A DNA stretch of 64,000 nt from Sphagnum compactum. Lineage: Eukaryota. The notes under the pieces were generated by a model. That model had not been told where the DNA came from, ran no database searches, and worked only from the letters and a program-made list of their open reading frames with translations. Made by a program: the position numbers and the translations under genes. Shown in pieces: positions 12,935 to 30,252 of the stretch; the first letter of the stretch is position 1; every line of letters starts with the position of its first letter. The stretch spans positions 11,336,213 to 11,400,212 of the forward strand of contig OZ234493.1 in assembly GCA_965153455.1 (NCBI GenBank). The letters are read 5' to 3'.

Positions 12935-13100
12935 GACATAGTTCAAGTAGGTAGCCAAACTTTTTTTAAATAAATAAATTAATAAAAAATAAAAAAATAA
13001 AAAATATAGACATTTAATTTCTTAATCTTTCATATTATAATAGCCAAATTTGGTTAAATCACCTTATGGATGATCACCACCTTGGCTAAAACACAGAATT
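12935..13100 (+). repeat. Short dispersed repeat family (other copies ~30760-30890 and ~55508-55570)
   Basis: Shared ccaaatttgg(c/t)taaa...tggatga...cac(c)tt...cac(a)aa motif in all three copies; the first two also share gttcaagtaggtagc upstream. Confidence 0.65.
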
Positions 13101-13814
13101 AAGGAGGGTGGGGGGTGGGGTGTGAAATTTAACTAAAATTTATACTCAAACTATAATAATAACAAGGGAGAATTGGAAATTAGTTAGGAAGACACAGGAA
13201 TAGAACCCAAAAAATGTTTTCTTTTTCTGTTCATTTCACTATTCATTCAGCATGGTGCACTACTGCGTGCTGGGTTTATCCATCCATCCATCCGTCCGTC
13301 CGTCGACTGCTGCGAGCAGGGTTCATCCATCCGTCCAGCCATTCATTCATCCATTCATTCGTTCATCCATCCACTACTGCGTTCTGGTTGGTTCACTCCC
13401 TCTCTCGCCGTAGTAGAGGAGCACACGCGCGCGTCGTCGACGGTCGTCGCTCCCGAGCTCCTCCTCCTCCTGCCTTCCTTCCTTCCTTTCTACGACGACA
13501 GGAGGGACATGACGCCACTCGCGGTACTCCAACTGGTACCACGACGAAGATGATGTCGCAGTGATGCCATCAATGGGGAAAGTTTACATCATTGTGCCAT
13601 TATCTTTTGCGGGGTGAGAATTGGAGGGATATGGACTAGGATGTGCTTGCTCGGTGTGGGACCTGCTTGCTTACAGGAACAAGAACAACAACAAGAACCA
13701 CAATATGATGGTGATGAAGCTGGAAGAGAATTGGAAGACAATTGTATTAGTAGACATAATCTCGTAAGTGCTGCTGCACAAGAAAGAGGGAGAGGATCGG
13801 TTTGTTGCTTCATT

Positions 13815-15842
13815 ATGAAGGCCGTTGTGATTAGTCGGCCCGGACGTCCTGAGGTGTTGGAGCTGAGGGAGGTGGAGGATCCCGAAGCAGGGGAGGGTGA
13901 AGTGGTGATCAAGATTGTGGCGGCTGCAGTGAACGGGGCTGACACAGAGCAAAGACAGGGCAAGTATCCTCCTCCTCCTGGTGCTTCTTTGTACCCAGGT
14001 CTGGAATGCTCTGGTGTCGTTGAAGCCGTTGGCTATGGAGTAAGCAAATGGAAAATTGGAGACGAGGTACGTACCATCATGTCTTCTTGTTCTTCTTCTC
14101 TCACCGACCTCTTCTATTACCAGGTCTTCTTATGCCACTGGATGTTCTATTGTGGGAAAAACAGAGTCAAGAGGAATCAAATGTATGTATGCTGTGGATG
14201 GAATGTATGCAGGTGTGTGCATTGCTGGGAGGGGGTGGATATGCAGAGAAGGTGAATGTGCCAGCAGGACAGCTGCTTCCTATTCCCAAGGGTGTTTCTC
14301 TGCGAGATGCTGCAGGACTTCCCGAAGTTGCTTGCACTGTCTGGTCAACAATCTTCATTACTGTGCACCTAACGAAGGGTGAAAGCCTTCTGGTACCCAA
14401 AAAAAACCCCCCCTTTAATTGAAGAACCGAGGACCTTTGTATGCTCATGTAGAACAGTGTTCGTTTTCATCTTTGAGATCTCTTTGCTGCTATACTTGTC
14501 TGAAACCACCAGCAGACGACAAACCCTATCGACATCTTCTGTGTCTTCAAAGTACCAAGGAAGTGCCAATTGTGGTATTACATCTCCTAAGAGTGACAAC
14601 TTGTCAAAGCAGTTGATCAAAACTGGTTTTGGTTCTGAATCTTTGCTAGGTTTTTTTCCAGTTGTGTTCATCATCACATTACTTGTGGAAATGAGCAGCT
14701 CTAAGTTTTGCAAGTGTGATGCAGATTCATGGTGGTGGCAGTGGAATTGGCACATTTGCGATCCAGATAGCAAAAGCAAAGGGTGTGAAAGTGTTTGTCA
14801 CAGCTGGTAATTAAACATCATGTATGCAAGCAAACAACATGTGTGTTGGCTGTTTTATACACACAAGAAAATTATCTATGATGACTTATGGCCAAAGAGC
14901 AATTGCAGGAAAGTTTTCTCTAACAAACCAAGCATAGCCAGATTGGCTGACCACGGACCGTTCTTGCATTGACTTGCCAGGGAGTGATGAGAAGGTGAAG
15001 GAATGCATCAAGCTCGGGGCTGATTCTGGAATCAATTACAAAACAGAGGACTTTGTTGAACGTGTGAAGGCACTGACTGGTGGTAAAGGTGTGTTATAAT
15101 AACCTGCCTTTCTTTTTGCACATGGTCTCACAGCTAGGGCAATGGGCACTGTCTTAAAGTTCACAAATTAGGTCATTCAAGCTAGTCACGTGTAACACAT
15201 AAGGCAAGACTGAGTTGACCTTCTGTTGTTTCACACAGACACCACAACTCTGATTACAGTAGCATGGTAGCATTGACACAGTTGAAGCATAAGATGCTGA
15301 TCTGATGAAACACACGCACATTAGATGGCCAACTCATGAGTGTCTGCTTCTGATTGGGATCCCGTACAGGAGTGGATGTGATACTTGATGTAGTAGGAGC
15401 TCCCTATCTGAATAGGAATCTTGAAGCGCTGGCAATAGCTGGACGACTCTTTATCATCGGATATCAAGCAGGCCTTGAGGGAGAGATCAACCTGGGTGCC
15501 ATTCGCAGCAAGCGTCTTGCAGTTGCAGGTACATGAACTTACCCTCCTTGCTTGCTATGTATTTTCCCCTTGGTTGTTCAAGTAATAGCTATGGACTTTT
15601 AATACATAATAGTTGCATACCTTTGAATGGGAACCTCTTGTGGCACAGGGGCTGGCTTGCGTAGCAGGACTAAAGAAAACAAGGCACAGATTGTGCAAGA
15701 AGTTATTAAAAATGTATGGCCAGAGATCGAAGCAGGCAAGGTAAAAATAGTCATTGATGAAGTTTTTCCCCTGGGAAAGGCAGCTGAGGCTCACCATGCT
15801 ATGGAAAGAAGTCACTTTGGAAAAATACTGCTCACTTGCTAG
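13815..15842 (+). CDS. NADPH:quinone oxidoreductase, PIG3/zeta-crystallin (MDR) family, 6 exons, 324 aa
   Basis: Exons 13815-14066, 14213-14392, 14725-14806, 14981-15088, 15370-15528 and 15649-15842 (975 nt, all GT-AG). Motifs YPPPPGAS.YPGLECSG, GLPEVACTVWST, LLIHGGGSGIGTFAIQ and HFGKILL. Confidence 0.95.
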
Positions 15843-16502
15843 AGTTTGATTGTGCCAGTCACTTTCAAATGACAGCAAGGGGGAATTGAGTCTGTGTTGT
15901 TGATGGTGAGTTCAAACACATTGCTGTCATAAGTACCATCCACTCTGGCGTAGTGGAAGCAATCATGGACATCTTTCCACTTCTTGCATCTGATAGTTGG
16001 ATGGCATTGTTGATTCCAACATCTGGACATTTGCCACAAATTTTTGGTGGGGCACCCCAAGACATAAAAGCAACTGGAGTGGTCACTAGCTACTACCAAT
16101 GGCCTCAAAGATAAGGTTGATGCCAGCTAATTCGAGGTACACAGATTTGCTCTTGCACCATTGTAATACTAGAAATACACTGTACAACAAGAGATTGAAA
16201 CTCTGTACTTTTCGTGAGTGATTGTTTCTCTTGAATTTACAACTGTAGCAATGTTGAATCAGAATTGAAAAATTGGATGCAATTTGGCTAGTCCATGTGG
16301 AAAGTTTCACTTGATGATCCATGCCAGATTGTGTAACTGGCAGATTAAGTTTCAGGGAAACTGTCCCATTTTCTCTAGTCCAAGCAATCCTATTGGCTTT
16401 ATCCTTAAAGAAGTCACATCTCTGTACTGTGCTGAAACAAGGTGTTATTATCAAACCTTGGATGATGGAAGGGGAAAATTTCAGAGAACAAATGTGCTTT
16501 CA

Positions 16503-19500
16503 TCACCAATAATCCCTGCAGGAGCAAACACCATCTTCAATGTGATGAAATCGGTTGCTATCCCGTACTGTAATTGCTCTCTCCTCTAGCTTTGAGATAA
16601 ACTTGGTTGCAGTGTGGCAGTCATCACATACTCGCAGATTTGTGTATATGTGCAAGGGTGTCTTGGGAGGTGTGCTGATGAGTCCAAAGGCAATGGCCAG
16701 CTTCTCACTATGGTGACACGAATGAAACACTGTGTTTCCCTCTACATCACCAAGCACAGATTTGGTATCTGGCCAACATCCACTGTCCTTCATCTGCATG
16801 GATAGTCTCTTTAATTCTGTTTCGATTTCAACCATTTGGGGATGTTTGTCATCATTAGTAACAAATTTATGCATCTCATTATTTACTTCAATCCACGTGC
16901 ATGCTGACTGCTTGCTCACACCCTTTTCTAACCTGAGTTTTTCAATTCTTCTACTAAGATCCCACTTGCCAGCAGTGGCATAGATGCTTGATAGTAGCAC
17001 ATAGCCAGCCTGGTTAGCAGGGTCCAATTTTTGAACCCGTTTTGCAATGCGTTCTCCCATCTTCACATTACTGTGATTTCTGCAAGAACTCAGCAATGCT
17101 ATCCACACACAAGCATTCTGTTCACAGGACATTGTCTTGATCAAGTCCTCTGCCTCATCCAGATGCCCAGCACGGCCCAGAAGATCAACCATGCAGGTAT
17201 ACTGCTCTACTGTTGCAGAAATACCATAAACTGAACCCATGGATTCAAAGTAGTGCAGGCCTTCATCCAGTAGACCTCCATGTTTGCAAGCTGACAGAAG
17301 AATAACAAAAGTCACTGAATTCATCTCCGCACCTTTTTCACACATCTGTTCAAAATGTCCAAGAGCTTCCTCAGCTTGCCCATGCATGGCATATCCTCCA
17401 AGCATGGCATTCCAAGAGATCAGATTGTGTGTGGGCATCCTGTTGAACACTCTTTGAGCATCTTCTATGCTCCCACATTTGGCATACATATCAACAAGGC
17501 TATTAGCCACAAATGGATGAGACCCAAAACCACGTTCAATAATCCATTTATGAACACGACTACCTTCTTCAAGAGCTGCAACACTTGCACAAGCACTCAG
17601 AATTCCCACAAACGTGACAGAGTCTGGCTCCACCCCTTCTTGTTGCATCTGTTGAGATAGTTGCAATGCCTCCTGCCCTTGCCCACATTTGACATGTCCC
17701 AAGATCATGGCATTCCAAGCGACCACATCACGTGCAGGGATCATGTTGAACACACTTGAAGCGTCCTTGATGCTACCACATTTGGCATACATGTCAACAA
17801 GGCTACTACAAACAAAAGCATCAGACACGCAACCACTTTGAATGATCTGTTTATGAACACGTCTGCCTTTCGAAAGAGCTGCTACACTAGCACATGCATT
17901 GAGCACTGCCATGAAGGTGACACGATTTGGCTTAACTCCCCTAAGTTGCATTAGTCTATATAATTGCAATGCCTTCTGCCCTTCTCCACATTTCACATTT
18001 CCCAATATCATTGCATTCCAGGCAACTATATCACGTTTGGGCATTGCATTGAACATCCTCCAAGCTTCCCCTATGCTCCCACATTTGGCATACATATTAA
18101 CAAGGCTACTACCCACAAAAGCATCAGACTCGAAACCACTTTGAATAATCTGTTCATGAACATGCCTGCCTTCTTCAAGTGCTGGTACACTAGCACATGC
18201 ATTGAGCAACCCAATGAAGGTCACACGATCTGGCTCCACCCCCTCACATTCCATTTGTTTTGATACTTCTAATGCTCTCTGACTTTGCCCACATTTCACA
18301 AATCCCAAAATCATGGCATTCCACAAGATGACATTGCGAGTGGGCATCTTGCTAAATACTCTCCATGCATCCTCGATGCTTCCACATTTAGCATACATGT
18401 CAATGAGGCCACTAGCCAGGAAGACATTCGACTCACCACAACTTTCAACTATCTGCATATGAATGTCTCTTCCCTCTTCGAGTGCTCGCAAACTAGCGCA
18501 CGCATTCAGCACTCGAATGAAAGTGAAGCTGTCTGGAACCATGCCCTGTTGTTGCATCTGTTGAAAATGTTCTATTGTCTTGTGATGTTGGCCGGCCTTG
18601 AAGTACTTTGTAAGTCTTGTATTCCAGGAAAAAACACTGGATTGTTGTTTCCTCTTGCCTTGTCTCCTTTGTGTGAGTGAAGCCAATTCCACTTCCACCC
18701 ATGGAGGTTTCAGTTTGTCATCAAGCCAGAGCGTCTGCTGTGTTCTCTTATGCTTGGAATCAGGATCTGTCAGATTCCCCTACAACAAGAAAATTCCAAA
18801 TCCAGAGCTGATCATGTAAACAGCCCTTGCAGTCAGCTCACTGCAAGAACCAAGGGCTGTCAACACTCACAACCAAGAACAAAAATCTACAAATGTAATC
18901 ATATCAACAGCAGAAGAACAGCAAACAGCACTCCTTGTCTGGGCTGGCCACAAAATCACAGGAACTCATGAAAAACATACCTCACCAGAATCTGCAACTT
19001 GCTGTTGATGTATTGCCCTCCCATGCTTCAGAGAGCTTGCTTGACGAAGCTCAAATCCTAGGATCACAGAAGAAAAAAATAAAATTAGGTCAAACCTTGA
19101 AAAAAAAACAAAAACCCTAAACCCTAAACCCCAAAAAAAAAAAAACTCTCCAATGCAAAACTCTCTTTCAAAGGTCCAGAAGACGGATCCCCTTGGTTAT
19201 ACTGACTTACTACTAGACCTAAATTGCGGAAGCTCCTCTACCCAAAGAAGAACCGCAGTCAACAGACAGCAGACCACAGTGAGAAAAGCTCACAACAGAC
19301 AGCAAGCAAGCAAGGGCAGAGGAAGAGGAAGAGCAACAAGAAAGAAAGAAAGAAAGAAAGAAAGAAAAGTGCAAGTTGGGAGCTCACCCAAGAGGAGGAG
19401 ATGGCGCAGGCGACGCACGGCAGGCGGGGTGAGTTGGTGCTGCAGTCGCATGGCTGCCCCAGCACCAAAGAGCGAAGAAGAAGAAAACAAGCGAATCCAA

Positions 19501-19526
19501 CGAGAAGAAGACGTACTCCGCTTCAT
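16503..19526 (-). CDS. PLS-class PPR protein with E1/E2/DYW deaminase domain (organellar C-to-U editing factor type); proposed 3-exon, 830-aa model
   Basis: The main exon 18779-16503 encodes (P-L-S)x4 + P2-L2-S2, E domains, HSEKLA, CDDC and terminal DYW. The ORF-track start at 18698 is GTG. The frame stays open to an AG acceptor at 18780 and joins in phase to exons 19057-18981 and 19526-19388 (MKRSTSSSRWIRLFSSSSLF...). The main exon is secure; the upstream exons are inferred. Confidence 0.9.
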
Positions 19527-19771
19527 CAACTGTGCGAAATCCACATGCCCATTGTGTACATCCGTATGTCCATTTGTGGATCTTGTTGTTCTGGAACCAG
19601 AACCGGAATCAAATTAATTTGAAGAAGGAACTGGACTTGGAACTGGAACCCAAACTGAGACTCTCCGGAGTGGACACAAAAGGGCCAAAAAAACACAATT
19701 GTATAGGGGAAGAAGGTGGCATGGCATGGCATGCTCACCCACCAGGGCCTCCCCTACCCTAATTCGAGGGT

Positions 19772-19958
19772 CTTGCCATTTACATTAAAGAAGTATCTTA
19801 AGGCAAAAGAAGAAAGAATTATGGAAATTCAAATATTTCACCATGCAAAAATATTATATTAATCTTCAAAAAAAGAATCCTCTAAAATAAAGAAACCAAA
19901 ATCCTTCAAAATATCATAACTCTATAACTAATAATCTCAACTTTTCAATACAAGCCAA

Positions 19959-19990
<32 letters not shown>

Positions 19991-20138
19991 CATCTTTCAA
20001 AAATCCTCGTATAAAATATAGACCTATTATTATTATTATTATTATTATTACCTACGGGCCTATAAAAATCCCTTAAGCTACTATTACACTCCATAATGAA
20101 TCTAAACACGATATCTTGGCCTTGGTAGGCAAAGGCCA
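19772..20138 (+). mobile_element. Dispersed ~320-360 bp repeat, probable MITE (second copy 54820-55138)
   Basis: Colinear similarity from cttgccatttacattaaa through atcccttaagctacta...ataatgaatc in both copies. Termini ggccttgcca (copy 2 start) and ggcaaaggcc (copy 1 end) suggest short TIRs. Confidence 0.75.
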
Positions 20139-20449
20139 ACAAATGGGTAAAGGGCCCGAGGCTTCAAACCCTAAACCCTAAACCCTACACAATCCACATA
20201 ATTACAAAACCACATATGTTGGGGTTTAGGGTTTCTGCAGTACACACATAGTACAAACCCATGGTAGTACCTAGTACACACACACACACACACACACTTT
20301 GTAGTAGAAACTAGTACTACAATTCAAGAGTTAGGAAAACACTACCTATATAAGAGAATAGTGTAGAAGAGAAACTAGTAGTACTCCTCTTGTTTTTGTT
20401 GCAACTTTTGCTCTTCTTCTTCTTCTTTTAGATTTCATGAGTCCCGAGT

Positions 20450-20705
20450 CATGACCATTTTGAATCAATTTGTTGGGTTCATACTTCTTCTCATGAAAAT
20501 TAATGTTGCAAATTTTGTAGATAACTCACTTGTTTGTTTTTTTTTTTTTTCTTTCTTTCTTGAGTGTTTGTCATGACCATTGTGAATCAATTTGTTGGGT
20601 TCATACTTCTTCTCATGAAAATTAATGTTGCAAATTTTGTTGAATTTTGTAGATAACTCACTTGTTTTGGCTTTTTTTTCTTTCTTTCTTTCTTGAGTGT
20701 TTGTT
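20450..20705. repeat. Tandem duplication, ~122-bp unit x2
   Basis: catgaccatt.tgaatcaatttgttgggttcatacttcttctcatgaaaattaatgttgcaaattttgt starts at 20450 and again at 20572. Confidence 0.9.
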
Positions 20706-22043
20706 CCTTTTGTTCGAATGTTTGTTCCTTTTGATTTGAGGGGGTTAGGGATGGTGTACTACTAGTAGTGATTTTGCTTCTATAATAAGTGTGCAAAAGT
20801 TTCCTTTTGTGAGCTATATAATGGGAGTCGAGAGATAAGGGTGTAATTAGCTATGTAGGTAAGTCTTGATTAAATTTGGTCTTGTAGAGAGTAAGTAGGT
20901 TTCTTCAAGTGAACTATTTTCATCCATGAAATTGGGACCCTAGGTTTATATTGTAAACAAGATGGAGGAAAAGGGATAAACGATCCCATAATTTCAACTC
21001 GAAGTGAATGAGGAGTTGAGAGGGAACTAATGGAAATGGAGAATGGGTGGATGGGCCTCGGATGACAACTTCATGGGAATTTGAATACATGAATGATATT
21101 AACGTCCACAAATACATATATATATATATGATTACATTGTGCTTCAAGGAATCCTTGTGGGCGTTAATAGAGTTCATTTATTCATCCATTTTCATACAAA
21201 TTTGGAACGTGCCCACATCCTAGTATGGCGTTATTATTGAGTCGTCAATGGCTACGACATCCATTGTTGTCACTACATACATTGCCCACATTCTACAACT
21301 TCGAAAATGTGGTGTTGATTTATTTGCAATAGGAAGAGGCTCTCTATCTCCTAACTTTGATTAGCATTTTTTCAAAAAGAAATAGTTTTGTTTCTCTAGT
21401 GAATTCATGGCATCACAGAGATTTTCTTAATCTTTGGATATTTTACTTGATGTTCTATGGAGAACCAACCTAGTCACTCATAGAACTCACAAACTCATAT
21501 TGCAAACATGCATTTTGCATATAACTTGTTCACCCATGTTTAGAAATCACATTCAATAATGGCTTTGTATTCTCATAATTTGGCTGAAGTTCATCAAGCG
21601 TCATGAAGTGAACAATCCGAAACTCACCAGATAATTGAGAACAGGTTCTCAATGAAACAAAAAGAAAGAAAAGAAAATTAAAAATGAATAGAAATCGTCA
21701 AGAATAGAATCATCGAGTTCCTATTCTTCCTATTCTAATGAATTAATCATCAGCAATTAATCAGGTTCACAGCATGAAAAAAATACAATTAAAGAATTTA
21801 AAAAAAAATTTGCTCAGCAGTTGTACCATTGTCAACATGCCCTTCACGAATCAACACCCTTCATCGCAGAATCCACTGAAAAGGCATAACAAATTCGAGA
21901 CCGCAAACACATGGAAGTTATGATAAACAACACCATCATGTCCCCCCCACCTGCTGCTGTCTTTTGCATCCAATACTTGGGTCTTCTCAGAAGGGTGATT
22001 CTTGGTGAAGTAAAAAGAAATTCATTTGCGAGTGTTTTGTTTG

Positions 22044-27441
<5,398 letters not shown>

Positions 27442-28500
27442 CGCCGCTATCTCCCTAACAAAACCTGCTGCTCAAAACCGATCCCACCCCCGACGAAACC
27501 GATCAAAGTCGTAGACAATTTCTTGGACGCAATTTCATACCAGCAAAGAGCAACCACCCCCGGAGAATGCGCGTTAACATAAGTTACACCCAAAAGAACC
27601 AACAACTCATTTACTCAAAAACTCCCTGTTCTCTCCACACAGCATCGGAAGATGAAAGAGTTTTTACCAACTGGGGGGAAAGCAGCGGCTCTTTGTTGGA
27701 AGATCAGTGTTGTTGTTGCTGATGAGAAACTCTGAAGGATTTTTGTACTCTGATTGTATATTCTTGAGCTCTTCGTTTTCATGTAGCTCGTTTCCCAGAT
27801 TCGTCGACAACACCAGCGCGCAGACAAAATGGAAAGGCGAGAAACGGAGAAGAAAGGACCCCAGGTCGGGACGGGTCCCGTACTCGGCCCGGCCCGGCCC
27901 GAACCGTAATAGGCACCCTACTGGCACACCTAGGTACACCTATATGGCTGGTTCTTTTATGCCCCTTTTTTGGGTCTCTTTTTCTTTTTCTTTTTCTCTT
28001 TTCGAGCCAAAATTTCCTTTGGGCACTTTTTAGGGTTTTTCTTTTTGTGTCTTTTTTCTTTTAGCCCTAATAAGTCAAATCAGAATTTCCTTTGGCTACC
28101 TTTTTTTTTTTTTTTTTTTCTCTCTTTTGTGGGATTTCTTTTCTCAACCAAGTCACTTTTGATATCTTCAAAAAATCCCCTTTTTATTTGGCCTAGGATC
28201 CAATTTTTCTTTTAAATTAAAGTAAATAAATTTTTTGCAATGTGACAACAAAAATTTATGGAATTTTAAAATATATATAAAATTCGAAAAAATTGCTAAA
28301 TTTTTTTTTGAAATTTTTTGTCACAAAATTTCCAAAACCTCAAAAATGAAAAAGAAAAACTCTCCTAGGATTGAGTAGTTATATATAGAAGAGTTTTTAT
28401 TTTTACAAAAATTTGTAGTACCAACAAATAAATAGCTTTCTTCTTCCTTTCATTCTAAGTCTTTTGTCTTATCCCCTAGACATATTGTTCACCATGAAAG

Positions 28501-28506
<6 letters not shown>

Positions 28507-28550
<44 letters not shown>
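28507..28550. repeat. (TA)n microsatellite
   Basis: About 21 TA units; a shorter run lies at 19964-19990. Confidence 0.95.
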
Positions 28551-28555
<5 letters not shown>

Positions 28556-30098
28556 AATTTTAATTTTTTAATCTTTAATTTTATTTTATTTTTCCCTTGA
28601 GGTGATGCTTGTGGTTTTGTCAAGGTTTTTTTTCAAAATTTTAGTAACTTTTTTTTCATAAATTAAGGGGGTCTAGGTCTTTTGCCTTTTCCTTCCCCTT
28701 AGACATGTTGTGTTGACCATTGGGCTTGCTTTCTTTCTTTCTTTCTTTCTCTCTTTCTTTCTTCCTAAAACCGCAACCTAGTCATACACCAACAATACAT
28801 CCTTGATGACGCATGGATGAATGAATTTGGGTGTTTTTCTTTTTTATATATAATTAAAAAATTTATGGGGCTTCATGTTTTTGAAAAAAAAAAAAAAGTC
28901 TAAAAAGACTTTCATCCCTTCCGTCTATTCTATTCATCAAGAGACTCATCCCCCCTCGTCGTCAACAACCCTATTAGAGTCAAAACTTTCAACAACAACT
29001 CGTGGGAATTTGGATGAGTCCATTCATCTTATCTTGCAAAGTTGCAACCCTTCCAAACGTCCGTCCGGCTTTTCTAAATAACACAAAGAAAGGGGGCGGG
29101 GGAACGGATTAGTGGCACCCCTTTCTCCACGATGACACATAGCACACGTTATGTTACGTACAAACTATGTCGTAACATTATAATATTATTACATCGGAAT
29201 ACCTAGTGCCTACCGTCGGTCGGTCCCCCCCCCCCCCACCCCTCTCCCCCTTCCTCCAAAAATGAAGGAAGAACGAGAATTTTTTTTTTAAAAGGAAGAA
29301 GACCCGGGTGAACCAAAGGGGTTGATTTGTTTTTTTTAAAAGTGTGGTCGGTTTTGAATCCTTTGGGGGGGGTATAACTTTCGGTTTTTTCCTTCATGAG
29401 GAGGATAACAATTTGTTTCGAGACATTTCGAACATGCAGCAGCAACCGTATTATGAGTTTGTTTGTCGGATTGCAACCACAATCGATTAGGTCTTCGTCT
29501 GTAAAACGCAAAAGATAAGTGTACCCGAAGCTAAATGACATTTTTTATTATTATTATTTTTTAAAAGGGGCCAAAGAAGAAGAAAGAAGCTCTCTGGGTA
29601 GTCCTTCTATAGCTGCTTCTACTGAGCCGATCAACTTCCGAAAAGCCCGGCCGATAGCCCATTCTTACACATCTCGCTGGCCTTCTTAGCAAAAAACCAC
29701 TTTACAATAATGAAAATCAAACAACACTCACTCTCTTCTTCCGTCGTCAATCATAGATATACTTTTTTATACACGATTGGTTTGAGACGGGTGGGTGACA
29801 AATTTTTACACACCCCCCCCCCTTTTCCTTTGCCTCCCCCACCAGACCACATTCACCCCACCCGGCCTTTCACAAAGACCAAATTGGGGTTTTGATGATT
29901 TATTTTCTGACGGTAGCAAAAACACAATTTCCCCTCACAAACGCATGTCAAACAATTCTTCGGACAACTGACCGAAAGAAAAAAAAAAAGGAAACAAACA
30001 TGAGTAATCGGAATTTTGTTTGGCAACTTTCTATGAATTATGCGAAAGGTCAGTAAAGTTCCGGCTCATAAAAATTCCAGCCAAGTTCATCAAGCGAT

Positions 30099-30252
30099 AG
30101 GGGTTTTTACCTCGGTTGCTGATTGATTCTACGTTTGTCTTGTTTGATCTCGTCCGTTTGTTGGTCTCTTTCTTGCCAGGGTTTTTTTTACCTTGATTGC
30201 CGATTCTACATTTGTCTTGTTTGATCTCATCCATTGGTTGGTCTCTTTCTTC
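30099..30252. repeat. Tandem duplication, ~78-bp unit x2
   Basis: agggttttt..acct...gattctac.tttgtcttgtttgatctc.tcc.tt.gttggtctctttctt occurs twice. Confidence 0.8.

Noticed and set aside
13641..13814. In-frame upstream ATG extending the quinone oxidoreductase by 58 aa
   Set aside because: The extension is acidic and low-complexity, unlike a transit peptide; the 13815 start gives the family-typical N-terminus and length. Not excluded without transcript data.
19153..19622. Basic low-complexity ORFs of 154 and 132 aa
   Set aside because: Derived from (AAAG)n and purine tracts antisense to the proposed PPR exon 1 and intron.
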